From Eubacteriales bacterium (GTDB lineage: Bacteria; Bacillota; Clostridia; Oscillospirales; SIG627), in NCBI GenBank assembly GCA_045631145.1, contig JAZQUE010000074.1, positions 3,065 to 67,064 of the forward strand: DNA of 64,000 bases, written 5' to 3'. This document shows, piece by piece, positions 1-9,318 of this stretch; within the stretch, counting starts at the first letter, position 1, and each line of letters begins with the position of its first letter. The translations under genes were made by a program, and so were the position numbers. The notes below the pieces were generated by a model, which saw only the letters and a program-made list of their open reading frames with translations, was not told where the DNA came from and did not search any database.

Positions 1-447
1 ACACCTTCAGATGATAAGAAATACCAACTTGATATAGCAGAAATTTTTATGCGTATCTGCGTGCTTATGCGATATGGATGTCTTGGTTACATTATGCGGC
101 ATGAGGATTACAAGAAAGCTCCACTCCCAAACTTATATGTTCAAATTGCAAGATGGTGTAATCAACCTGGGTTTTATCGGAATTTATCTTTCTGGGAATA
201 TTGCTACAAGAACCAAACATATTGGGAAGAACATACACTAGGGATAAAACACGATAGACTCAAGACCTATGAGGAATTTTTAGAAGACCTCCATAACGGT
301 TATTATAATGACAAGAAGATTTGCCTTACATTAAAGACCTGTCATGAATTCCTGGAAAGTCATAAAGTTCATAAGAAACTCTTCCTCAGTTTCTTTAACT
401 TGTCTTTTAAGAAAATGATAGATCCCAATCTATGGTTACGTAAATAA
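1..447 (+). CDS. 3' part of a gene truncated by the left window edge; unknown function; first visible gene of the AT-rich operon
   Basis: Frame 1 has no stop from nt 1 to TAA at 445-447, so the track ORF 49..447 is only the tail of a longer protein. Same AT-rich composition as the next gene and 13 nt from it. No motif I can name. Confidence 0.45.
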   Translation, partial: TPSDDKKYQLDIAEIFMRICVLMRYGCLGYIMRHEDYKKAPLPNLYVQIARWCNQPGFYRNLSFWEYCYKNQTYWEEHTLGIKHDRLKTYEEFLEDLHNGYYNDKKICLTLKTCHEFLESHKVHKKLFLSFFNLSFKKMIDPNLWLRK

Positions 448-460
448 AAATACTTTAAGT

Positions 461-1141
461 ATGGTAACATTCAGCATTGAAGATTTCTTTTCTAAGAAAT
501 TTGAGAAAGAATCGACTAACATCTTGTTAGAAAGGCCTGCATATTTTTCCGCAATAATGATGGAAAACTATGTGTATCAGCTTATGTGTTATGGTTTGGA
601 AGAATATATTTCATATATGGTTGCTAATCCAAATCAAATAGAAATTACTACTCGTGATATTACTCAACTCAGTAGTATTGATGACTGTACAACAAATATG
701 TGTAGGATAATGCTCGATAATAATAATCAAGGATTTACACTGACCGAGATTGCGACCAATTTACATAGTGATGACAGTTATAAGGATAATCCAGTTGCAC
801 TAACTAAATACGGTGAAAATCAAGTAAAAACTGCTTGTCAAATGGGATTAACTATTTTAAAAAACGAATTATGGTATCTTACAGGAGTTGGTTATGTTAT
901 TAACAACTTACCAGAAAATGTTAGGACAAAATATTTTGCAATTAACCTACTAAGAGACCCATTCTATAGCAAGGTTATACTATCGTTATATGAGAAGGAG
1001 ACAAATTTAAGGGACTTCATGGGTATTCTCTCAGAATCGACTCAAAAAAGAAGATCTTCTAGTTGTCAAAAAGTACTTGCATTTTATATTAAACAATGTC
1101 AAGTTGAAAACATAACTATTAATAACCTTACATTTAAATAA
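461..1141 (+). CDS. hypothetical protein (226 aa), operon member
   Basis: ATG at 461. Stop and next start are packed as TAATATG (1139-1145). No recognisable motif. Confidence 0.5.
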   Translation: MVTFSIEDFFSKKFEKESTNILLERPAYFSAIMMENYVYQLMCYGLEEYISYMVANPNQIEITTRDITQLSSIDDCTTNMCRIMLDNNNQGFTLTEIATNLHSDDSYKDNPVALTKYGENQVKTACQMGLTILKNELWYLTGVGYVINNLPENVRTKYFAINLLRDPFYSKVILSLYEKETNLRDFMGILSESTQKRRSSSCQKVLAFYIKQCQVENITINNLTFK

Positions 1142-1142
1142 T

Positions 1143-2876
1143 ATGTCTTACACAAATCATTCAAGAAGAACAGGAACTTTGGAACAAGTCATTTGCCGTC
1201 ACGAAGATGGTACTCTTCTTCAAGGAGAAGCTGACATGTATGAAAGAATCATAAGAGATTGTGAGGCAAGTGACTTGCATTGGCATTTGTGGTACGATTT
1301 GTCTCTACCTATTCAATATGCAGGGCAATCAGAAATACAAATAGATTTCTTATTGATTTGTGAAAAGGGTGCCATAATCTTAGAAGTAAAAGGTGGTGGC
1401 ATAGAGGTTGTTAATGGTCGTTATTATTATGTTCGCAATAATGGTCTCTCAAAGCAAATGAGTATTACTCCATTTGAGCAAGCACATAATTACAAATGGG
1501 CATTGCTGAATCATCGTGTGCTTAATGGAGAACAATTATTTGTTGACTATGCAGTTGCTTTTCCTCACCAAGAAATGAACAAAACAAATGAGAATGAATC
1601 TATCGACCAAAGTTTTTGGTTATGGGATAAGCAATTGCATGACAATAAGGATAATTCATTTGCTGATTTTTGTGAGAGTATATTAGATGATGCTAGAGAA
1701 AATTCATCAAGAAGTAGATTTGTACCTGTTCTTACAGAAAAAGAATTAGATGAAGTTGTGCAGGTTCTTTCTCCAACCTTAATAGATAAAAGTCGATATG
1801 CACAATCTACATTGTCAGAAGTGTTAAATTGGCTTCACATACAGAATTTGGATATTCTGGAATCTCTTGAAAGAAACAAACGAATCCTTATAGAAGGGGG
1901 GCCTGGAACAGGAAAAACAACCATGGCTAAAGCTTTTATAAAAAAGCACAAAGGGTTAAAAGGATTGTACTTATGCCAAAATATCTTATTATATGCAAAG
2001 ATAAGAGAGGAGTTAGTACAGGCCGATTTGTATAATTGTGATGTTTATACCTTAAATCGTTATCTTGGCATTATATCTCAGAATGTAGATTCAATGTATG
2101 TTTGGACTCCAAAGCTAGTAAAAGATATAATGCAGAAGACAAATCATAAGTTGTACGACTATGTAATAATAGATGAAGCACAAGACATTGCTGATAAGGG
2201 TATTGACATATTAATTGACAATCTTACTTCTATATCTGGAGACGGATTATCTACTGGAAATTATTTGATCTTCTATGACCTTGAGCAAGGCTACAATAGC
2301 AATTCACGCCATATTGATAATTTTGTGTCTTCATATTTACCTTTTTCTGCGCACTATAAGCTTAACGAAAATAAGCGTGTAATCACAAATAGAAAAATCG
2401 TAAGTTTAGCAAATAAACTTCTATTACAGGAAACAAAAGATGCATATACTGACTTTATCAAAGGCTTGGGTGAAGAATCAATACCTTATTTAAGAACAAC
2501 ATTTGTAAACTGCAATAAAGATTTATTTCGGGCATTCAAATCTGCAGTAAAACAGAGTGATGATATTGAGAGAACTGTAGTACTTGTACACTCTGCATTC
2601 AAACGTGTCATGTATCAAGGTGATAGCATATATGATTTATTATCCGACAAGCCAGGTGTGCATATGTTGGACGAAGATAATGTTGTTAATCCTGACAAGT
2701 CGAGCATACCTTTCACTAGTATTTTAAAATACAAAGGGCTTGAAACCAATAAAGTAATATTGGTAATTCCTGCGTCATGTGCCTCTGTTGACCTAAACAA
2801 CTTCCTATTTGAAATCTATGTTGGGTTTACACGTGCTATGATGGAACTTCAAATAATAATTTATTCAGAGCGTTAA
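1143..2876 (+). CDS. NERD-type nuclease domain fused to a P-loop SF1/UvrD-like helicase-type ATPase (577 aa)
   Basis: The N-terminus EIQIDFLLICEKGAIILEVKGGG fits the NERD / PD-(D/E)XK D...E-x-K pattern. Walker A is ILIEGGPGTGKTTMA and Walker B is YVIIDEAQDI. The C-terminal KGLETNKVILVIP...YVGFTRAMMELQII resembles UvrD_C-type ends. Confidence 0.7.
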   Translation: MSYTNHSRRTGTLEQVICRHEDGTLLQGEADMYERIIRDCEASDLHWHLWYDLSLPIQYAGQSEIQIDFLLICEKGAIILEVKGGGIEVVNGRYYYVRNNGLSKQMSITPFEQAHNYKWALLNHRVLNGEQLFVDYAVAFPHQEMNKTNENESIDQSFWLWDKQLHDNKDNSFADFCESILDDARENSSRSRFVPVLTEKELDEVVQVLSPTLIDKSRYAQSTLSEVLNWLHIQNLDILESLERNKRILIEGGPGTGKTTMAKAFIKKHKGLKGLYLCQNILLYAKIREELVQADLYNCDVYTLNRYLGIISQNVDSMYVWTPKLVKDIMQKTNHKLYDYVIIDEAQDIADKGIDILIDNLTSISGDGLSTGNYLIFYDLEQGYNSNSRHIDNFVSSYLPFSAHYKLNENKRVITNRKIVSLANKLLLQETKDAYTDFIKGLGEESIPYLRTTFVNCNKDLFRAFKSAVKQSDDIERTVVLVHSAFKRVMYQGDSIYDLLSDKPGVHMLDEDNVVNPDKSSIPFTSILKYKGLETNKVILVIPASCASVDLNNFLFEIYVGFTRAMMELQIIIYSER

Positions 2877-2879
2877 AAT

Positions 2880-5288
2880 ATGGATTTCAAGAAAGCATTA
2901 CAAACATTTGATAGTAATTTTGAGAGTATTCTTGAAATTATGAAACTCAGGAAAGAACCTGAGATGATTGACGCTGTCCGTAATCTATTACTTGTTGTAA
3001 ACCTTATTCTAGAATACTTCATGAATCGAGAAGATGATGAGTTGAAGATTCCTGTAATATATTTCCCAATAAGCCAAGAATACGCTCAAGAATTGTGTGA
3101 AGATTTTGTTACATTGAAACTTGGCTTATATACAAATAAAGATTGGAAAGAGCAATTGTGTTATTTATTATCAAAAAAAGACTTATATATCCCCTCTGAT
3201 ATAAAAACAAAGAAACAACATTTAGCATTACGTGAAAATCATAAGTATGAGAATAAACTCTCTGAAATCCTGTCGCGCTCTAGAAATGAATTCATAGATT
3301 ATGGAAAAACACTAATTTATAGTGAAAAATTACAAAAAGAACAAACCACATATCGTGAAGCTAATAAAGATTACAATAGGAAATCAGTTAATAAATACTG
3401 GTATCTAAGACATGCCATTAACGATTCGAACGATTTCTTACGAGGCGGTTGTCCTCTTTCATTGGTTTATGGGGATAGTGATTTCTTCTACGAACACATT
3501 ATTGAAAATGAAGGAAAAGTGAAAATCCAAAACATAATTGTTTTTCCAACAAAATCTGCAGATGGAAGGTATAGTGAGTTTTGTGCGAACTCATTTCAAA
3601 AACCTTATCTGGATGATTTCATAAGTACTGATTGTGGTTTGAAAAATGTATTTTTCTTTTGTTTCTCTCACAAACCTTATCGTCTTCGTAGACTGTTTGA
3701 CTTCAAACAAAGGATGAAAGAAAGAATACAAATATTTGAAGATGAAGTATATGATTTTATTTCATTCACGTATGAAGAAGCTCTTACTTTAACCAATCAA
3801 AATCCCCCAGAACATCTAGTTGTTAATATAGGTAAGGATAGTAACGAGATACAAGAAGATTACGAGACTCTATTTGATGATATTACAAATGGGTTGGATA
3901 GATATGTGTCTCGTAGAAACGAAATGTCTTTGTGCTTTAGTGATGCATTGAGCAAAGATTACGCAAATAGAATACTAGAAGAAACAGAAGCAGACGAAAA
4001 CTTGATTTCTGAGATTTTAAGATTTAATAGTCGATTATGGAAAGAAGAAGCAGAAGTCGCTCTACAGCATTTTGTCTTCAATAGTAATGTTTTCATTATT
4101 ACTGGCAATGACATAAATGAGCAACTTAAGAATTCTGTCCGTGTATTTCTCCAGCTATATTATAGCGCACAAAAAATTACGTTTGGAACCTTCGGAGATT
4201 TAAGAGGATATCTCTGTAATGGAGAATATCAAAATGAAATCAAGGACAAGAAAATCATTATTATATCATTTAGAAGTGATTATACTGATAGTATTTTTCA
4301 CAAATATCCAAACTCGTTTGATCCATATTGTATTAATGGTGATCAGCAAGTACTTGAGATTGCAAATTATTATTTCTTGCGTCAGTATTATGATTGGGGT
4401 AAATATAATTATGGTAAAGCAATTAGAAAAATCTTAAAATCTGAATTCCGTAATTCTGAGATGAGACCTATACTCGTGGAATATAAGCGTCCAACAAAAC
4501 GATTGCTAGAAGATACACGAGAAGAAGAGAGTGACAGAAACAATAGTCGTACAGTACAGAAAACGAAAGTGACTTATAATAATAATCACTCTCAGGAGTT
4601 TTGGAGGTCCGAATGGATGCTATATAAATTTGGAGATCATCTTAGCATTGCACCTTTATCAGATCTCGTGGATTTATATGAATCAGTTACAGACTTGTCT
4701 ATTCAGCCACTATCATGTCTAGTAAGACGTGTTAATAATCAATTCATTGACAGTCAAAAAGACAAAGACCACAAAAGTGAACGGATGTTCAAAGAGCAAT
4801 CTCTATATGGATTGACTCAGGAAGAGATAGATTCCGATACTCAATTATGGAAAATTCTTTTAGCTAAACGAGTTGAAAAGATGGGATGTAAAAATGTCTA
4901 TGAGGAAGTAATGGACAATTTCAATGAGAGATATAGAGTTAGTTACCATTCATTCAAAAGATGGTTAGAACCTGACTATGGTATTCCAAGAGCCAGAAAA
5001 GTTCAAAAATTCCTTGTGGAAAATTATCTTGGTATTAGACCTCCGTATATTAATCTCATACGTAGAATTAAGGAACGAACAAAAAGTGACACCGAAGGAA
5101 TAACAATTAACATTAGACATTTCCTTAACATTGCACTTTTAAACGATGATTTTAATATTGTTTACAATGCTTTAAGTGATGAAATCCGTGATTTGTTGGA
5201 CATTAATTCTTCAGAAGATGTCGAGAAAATCGTCACTGATGTAAAAGAAATAATAAACTTAGAACCCGTAAAATCTATTTCGCAATGA
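2880..5288 (+). CDS. large hypothetical protein (802 aa) directly upstream of the helicase, in the positional equivalent of DISARM DrmE
   Basis: Long uninterrupted ORF starting 4 nt after the previous stop. Its stop overlaps the next start (ATGA at 5285-5288). I see no catalytic motif; the DrmE assignment is positional only. Confidence 0.45.
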   Translation: MDFKKALQTFDSNFESILEIMKLRKEPEMIDAVRNLLLVVNLILEYFMNREDDELKIPVIYFPISQEYAQELCEDFVTLKLGLYTNKDWKEQLCYLLSKKDLYIPSDIKTKKQHLALRENHKYENKLSEILSRSRNEFIDYGKTLIYSEKLQKEQTTYREANKDYNRKSVNKYWYLRHAINDSNDFLRGGCPLSLVYGDSDFFYEHIIENEGKVKIQNIIVFPTKSADGRYSEFCANSFQKPYLDDFISTDCGLKNVFFFCFSHKPYRLRRLFDFKQRMKERIQIFEDEVYDFISFTYEEALTLTNQNPPEHLVVNIGKDSNEIQEDYETLFDDITNGLDRYVSRRNEMSLCFSDALSKDYANRILEETEADENLISEILRFNSRLWKEEAEVALQHFVFNSNVFIITGNDINEQLKNSVRVFLQLYYSAQKITFGTFGDLRGYLCNGEYQNEIKDKKIIIISFRSDYTDSIFHKYPNSFDPYCINGDQQVLEIANYYFLRQYYDWGKYNYGKAIRKILKSEFRNSEMRPILVEYKRPTKRLLEDTREEESDRNNSRTVQKTKVTYNNNHSQEFWRSEWMLYKFGDHLSIAPLSDLVDLYESVTDLSIQPLSCLVRRVNNQFIDSQKDKDHKSERMFKEQSLYGLTQEEIDSDTQLWKILLAKRVEKMGCKNVYEEVMDNFNERYRVSYHSFKRWLEPDYGIPRARKVQKFLVENYLGIRPPYINLIRRIKERTKSDTEGITINIRHFLNIALLNDDFNIVYNALSDEIRDLLDINSSEDVEKIVTDVKEIINLEPVKSISQ

Positions 5289-8200
5289 TAACAAAAAAAC
5301 GCGATTCTTTAGAGTCTTTCATAAAGGAGCAAATAATAGGTCCTGGCGGCTGCAACTACCAGTATTATATAAAGCGTGAGGATAATAGCGAACGTTTGGA
5401 ACCCGGATATTCATATGGTGAAGTCCTTAATACGACTCCAGGAACCATTTACAGCTCTGCAATACTATTCCCACAGAAAGCAGTCGAAGATAATCGTACA
5501 ATCATAGACAACACTCAAGTTGATGACGAAAATTCGAATGAAGAAGTAGATGATATTCAAAATGTGTTAGAAGAGGAACTATCAGAGGAAAAAAATGTTG
5601 ACCATTCTGAAGATATTGATGCCTTGGGACGAAGATTTCCAAATAAGTTCGGAATATCCTGTTGTTTGGACTCAAATCTCATAAATGAGGGTCTTAAAGT
5701 CACCATATCTGGTAGATATTACAAAGAAATTAAATCTTCAACACTTCTTAGAATTAAGATAGAAGATGTAGAAGGATTTCAAACTTTCATTGAGGATGAT
5801 AAGTTTAAACAACTAATAGGAAAATTAGTTGCTATAGATGGTGATGCAATAAGAATAGTTATGGGCATCAAAGATAAGGAACTTAAAGAAAAAAAGGAAA
5901 GTCTTCGTGAAGTAAACAAACATTTCTGCAAAATTGTTGCTATTAATGATGATGGTTCTTTATGTGATATCTATAATGATGCATCGTTCAAACCTGAATA
6001 TAGATTCTTAAGTGCATATAAGGAGCGTTTATTTGCAAAACTCAACCATTTTGATACAGACAATAATTATACTTCTGCAGGCAGAGAAGAGGAAATAAAA
6101 AATAGAATTTCCAAAGTTGAGAAGTACGAAACATTTATCTCTTATATCGAAGATGTTATATCTGTTTTTGATTCGCAGGGTTTCGGTTATTGGGAAGCTA
6201 TCAACTTTGAGAAATCTATTGATCTTTCTGATATAGACCTTACTTCAAAAAGAGTCTTTAGAGCAGATGATTATCCTTCTTTAAAAGATATAGTCAAAGT
6301 TGAAGTAGGCAATGACACATATTTATCACTTGATGCATGGCTACAAGCCATTAAGAATCAAGGAAAAATTTACCTTAAGGTATTGCTAGTCAATAGTTCT
6401 ACACCTATAACTTCCGGAGATGTAAGATATTTTTCAATTGTAACAAAGAAGGTTAATGAGAGAAGTTTTTTTGGCGTTTCTATTAATATATCAAGTCCTC
6501 ATCTTTTGGAGTATCATAAAGAAAATACTTATGATGCCATCGATGAGGAAGCGAATGCGTTGAGATACTTGTATCGAAATATAAAGGATTTTGGTGTTGG
6601 ACATTTGTGTTCTGTCAATTGGGGAATTAAGAAAGGTGTCATGAATATATGGTCAGAGTTTCTACCAACTGTTGAAACACCTGACGTAGAACCAGTTCCA
6701 AGAAACAAAATGTTGGAGGATATCAGTTCAGATGGGAAAATATATGCAACTCCTTACTTGGAATCTCCCAAGTGCCTTCAATTCAAGTGGCTTTCAGTAT
6801 TTTCTGATGCTAAGGACGAAGATATAGCAAAGGGACTACTAGAATTTGCTGAGACATATAAGCATTGGATAGACAATTTATCAACCAATAATAGTCCAAT
6901 AGCTGAAGAGAATAAGCGCAGATGCAATATGGATTATTTACGTATAAAAAATAACGTTGTTGACTTCCTTTCTGATTCAAAAAAGATGCTTGCGTTCAGA
7001 CTTATGAACGCAGCCATGTTCATGCAATTATGGCATAATACCAATGACAATAAGAATAAAGTTGTTATTGATAAGACTAAGCTTACATTTGATTATTATA
7101 AAAAAGAGGCTGACGACACCACAATATTCAAAGGAATGAATGCTGCTTGGCGTCCATTCCAACTTGCTTTTATACTTCTGAACCTTGACGGCATTTTTCG
7201 AAGAAGTGCTGATACACCTTGGTTGGAAAGGAACGAATTGGTGGATCTTGTGTGGTTCCCTACAGGTGGTGGTAAAACAGAAGCCTATTTGGGTATCATA
7301 GCGCTCACTATTGTAAATAGAAGAAGGACTCAAGGCAAAAAGGGTGAAGGTACAGCTGCATTAATGCGTTATACCTTACGTCTTCTTACAACCCAACAAT
7401 TCCAACGTGCTTTACGACTCATTATGGCATTAGAACAAATAAGATTGTGGAATAACACAACTTATAATCTAGGTAATACGCAGATTTCCATAGGCCTTTA
7501 TGTCGGAAAAGCATCTCTTCCAAATACTAATGAAGATTTGGTTAAGGAAATACAAAATTGGGAACACACACACGGAAGAGTGCCACTAGATACATGTCCA
7601 TGGTGTGGTTCGCTGATTAATCCTATCAGAAAAAATAATGAACAACATTTTCGATGCAGTAATTTTAGATGTACATTTGGTGGTCAAAATACTTATCCCG
7701 TTTGTCTTTGTGATGAGCAAATTTACAAAACTCCTCCTACACTTCTATTTGGTACTGTAGATAAGTTTGCGCAATTAGCTCATAAGGTTGACGAGACAGA
7801 TGTGAAAAAAGACTCTAGAGGTATTTTTGGTATAAACAATGGTTGTCTGCCACCAGATTTGATTATTCAGGATGAGTTACACCTTTTGTTGGGCCCATTG
7901 GGTTCGGCAGTAAGTCTTTATGAGTGTGCTATTGACCAGTTATGTTCACAAAAAGACACAAAGGGAAATGTTATTCGTCCAAAGATCATTTCATCTACCG
8001 CAACTACTAGAAATACATCATTGCAAATAAGAGCTTTATATGATAGAAAAGTTAGCATTTTTCCGAAAAACGGAACCGACTATGACGATTCTTTTTTTGC
8101 ATTTTATAAGCGATTTAAGAATGAGGGAGATGCTGACTGGACATACGTAGCAAAACGAAAATATATGGGTGTGCTTCCTACTGGACGTACACAGATGACT

Positions 8201-9313
8201 ACACAGATTCGTCTTGCTGCAATCTTGTTCGTACATAGAGCGTTATTCGAACAACAGAACTATGAATTGATTAGCAACAAGGACTTTATCAAAGCTGCTG
8301 ATTATTATTACACTGTAATTTCATACTTCAACAGTTTGAAGGAAGTTGGTAAGACAGATGCACAATTCTATCAAGAGTTTACAAAATATACGCGAAGATT
8401 ATACAAGCGTGTTTTGAGATTCTCCCACATGCATGAGTGTCTCTATGTATATAATGATCATTTCCACAAGTCAGAGTTAACAGGTCGATTGACAGGTGAG
8501 GAAGCAGTAAAAGAACTTGCCGATGCTCAGAATCGCAAATGGGACCCCCAAATGCGCTTGCCATATCAAGATGAAGATAATAAGTGGCAAAGAGCGAAGC
8601 TTCCGGCCGATATGGTTCTAGCTACAAACATGATTTCAGTAGGTCTTGATGTGTCAAGATTTAACACAATCATCATGAATTCAATGCCACGAAACATTGC
8701 AGAATACATTCAGGCAAGTTCACGTGTGGCTCGCGAAAAGGAAGGATTGGTAATAACACTTCATAGTCCTTTCAACCAGAGAGATGTATCTCACTTCGAA
8801 AAGTTCAGGGAGTTCCACGAGAAGCTATATTATTATGTTGAACCAATATCTATTACTCCTTTCTCTCCTAAGTCGGTTGAAAGGTTCTTGCCTTTATATC
8901 TTGCTGCAATCATCAGACAGAAATATTCAGGATTGGGCAATCGTAAGGATGCAAGTAACATCAACGACTCACTTGCGACAAAAATTAAGGATGAATTAAA
9001 ACGCTACTTTACAGAGAGAGCTGATAGAAGTGATACTCTTCCATCGCAGGAAGCGGCAATTCTGACGCGTGGAATGTTGGACGTTATTATCAATCAAATT
9101 GATCTAAGTATTGGAATTTGGTTGGATGCTGCTAATAGAATGGGACAAAATTTAGTGTATTACATAACAAAATATGGTAGGCGTAATCCGAACGAGGTAT
9201 CACTATTTGCATCCCCGGAAGATTTTGAAGGAGATATGCCAACAGACAAGTGGCTCGTTCCGAATGCTTTGAGAGTTATTGAACCAGAATCTGTTATTCA
9301 TGTAATTCGTTAA
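5285..9313 (+). CDS. drmA: SF2 DEAH-type helicase with inserted zinc ribbon, DrmA-like (1342 aa)
   Basis: Motif I WFPTGGGKTEAYLG, motif II LIIQDELHLL, motif III SSTATT, motif VI YIQASSRVAR. A Cys4 ribbon CPWCG...FRCSNFRC lies between motifs I and II. The N-terminal region of about 620 aa is unassigned. Immediately followed by a DUF1998-type gene. Confidence 0.65.
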   Translation: MITKKRDSLESFIKEQIIGPGGCNYQYYIKREDNSERLEPGYSYGEVLNTTPGTIYSSAILFPQKAVEDNRTIIDNTQVDDENSNEEVDDIQNVLEEELSEEKNVDHSEDIDALGRRFPNKFGISCCLDSNLINEGLKVTISGRYYKEIKSSTLLRIKIEDVEGFQTFIEDDKFKQLIGKLVAIDGDAIRIVMGIKDKELKEKKESLREVNKHFCKIVAINDDGSLCDIYNDASFKPEYRFLSAYKERLFAKLNHFDTDNNYTSAGREEEIKNRISKVEKYETFISYIEDVISVFDSQGFGYWEAINFEKSIDLSDIDLTSKRVFRADDYPSLKDIVKVEVGNDTYLSLDAWLQAIKNQGKIYLKVLLVNSSTPITSGDVRYFSIVTKKVNERSFFGVSINISSPHLLEYHKENTYDAIDEEANALRYLYRNIKDFGVGHLCSVNWGIKKGVMNIWSEFLPTVETPDVEPVPRNKMLEDISSDGKIYATPYLESPKCLQFKWLSVFSDAKDEDIAKGLLEFAETYKHWIDNLSTNNSPIAEENKRRCNMDYLRIKNNVVDFLSDSKKMLAFRLMNAAMFMQLWHNTNDNKNKVVIDKTKLTFDYYKKEADDTTIFKGMNAAWRPFQLAFILLNLDGIFRRSADTPWLERNELVDLVWFPTGGGKTEAYLGIIALTIVNRRRTQGKKGEGTAALMRYTLRLLTTQQFQRALRLIMALEQIRLWNNTTYNLGNTQISIGLYVGKASLPNTNEDLVKEIQNWEHTHGRVPLDTCPWCGSLINPIRKNNEQHFRCSNFRCTFGGQNTYPVCLCDEQIYKTPPTLLFGTVDKFAQLAHKVDETDVKKDSRGIFGINNGCLPPDLIIQDELHLLLGPLGSAVSLYECAIDQLCSQKDTKGNVIRPKIISSTATTRNTSLQIRALYDRKVSIFPKNGTDYDDSFFAFYKRFKNEGDADWTYVAKRKYMGVLPTGRTQMTTQIRLAAILFVHRALFEQQNYELISNKDFIKAADYYYTVISYFNSLKEVGKTDAQFYQEFTKYTRRLYKRVLRFSHMHECLYVYNDHFHKSELTGRLTGEEAVKELADAQNRKWDPQMRLPYQDEDNKWQRAKLPADMVLATNMISVGLDVSRFNTIIMNSMPRNIAEYIQASSRVAREKEGLVITLHSPFNQRDVSHFEKFREFHEKLYYYVEPISITPFSPKSVERFLPLYLAAIIRQKYSGLGNRKDASNINDSLATKIKDELKRYFTERADRSDTLPSQEAAILTRGMLDVIINQIDLSIGIWLDAANRMGQNLVYYITKYGRRNPNEVSLFASPEDFEGDMPTDKWLVPNALRVIEPESVIHVIR

Positions 9314-9318
9314 TCAAT

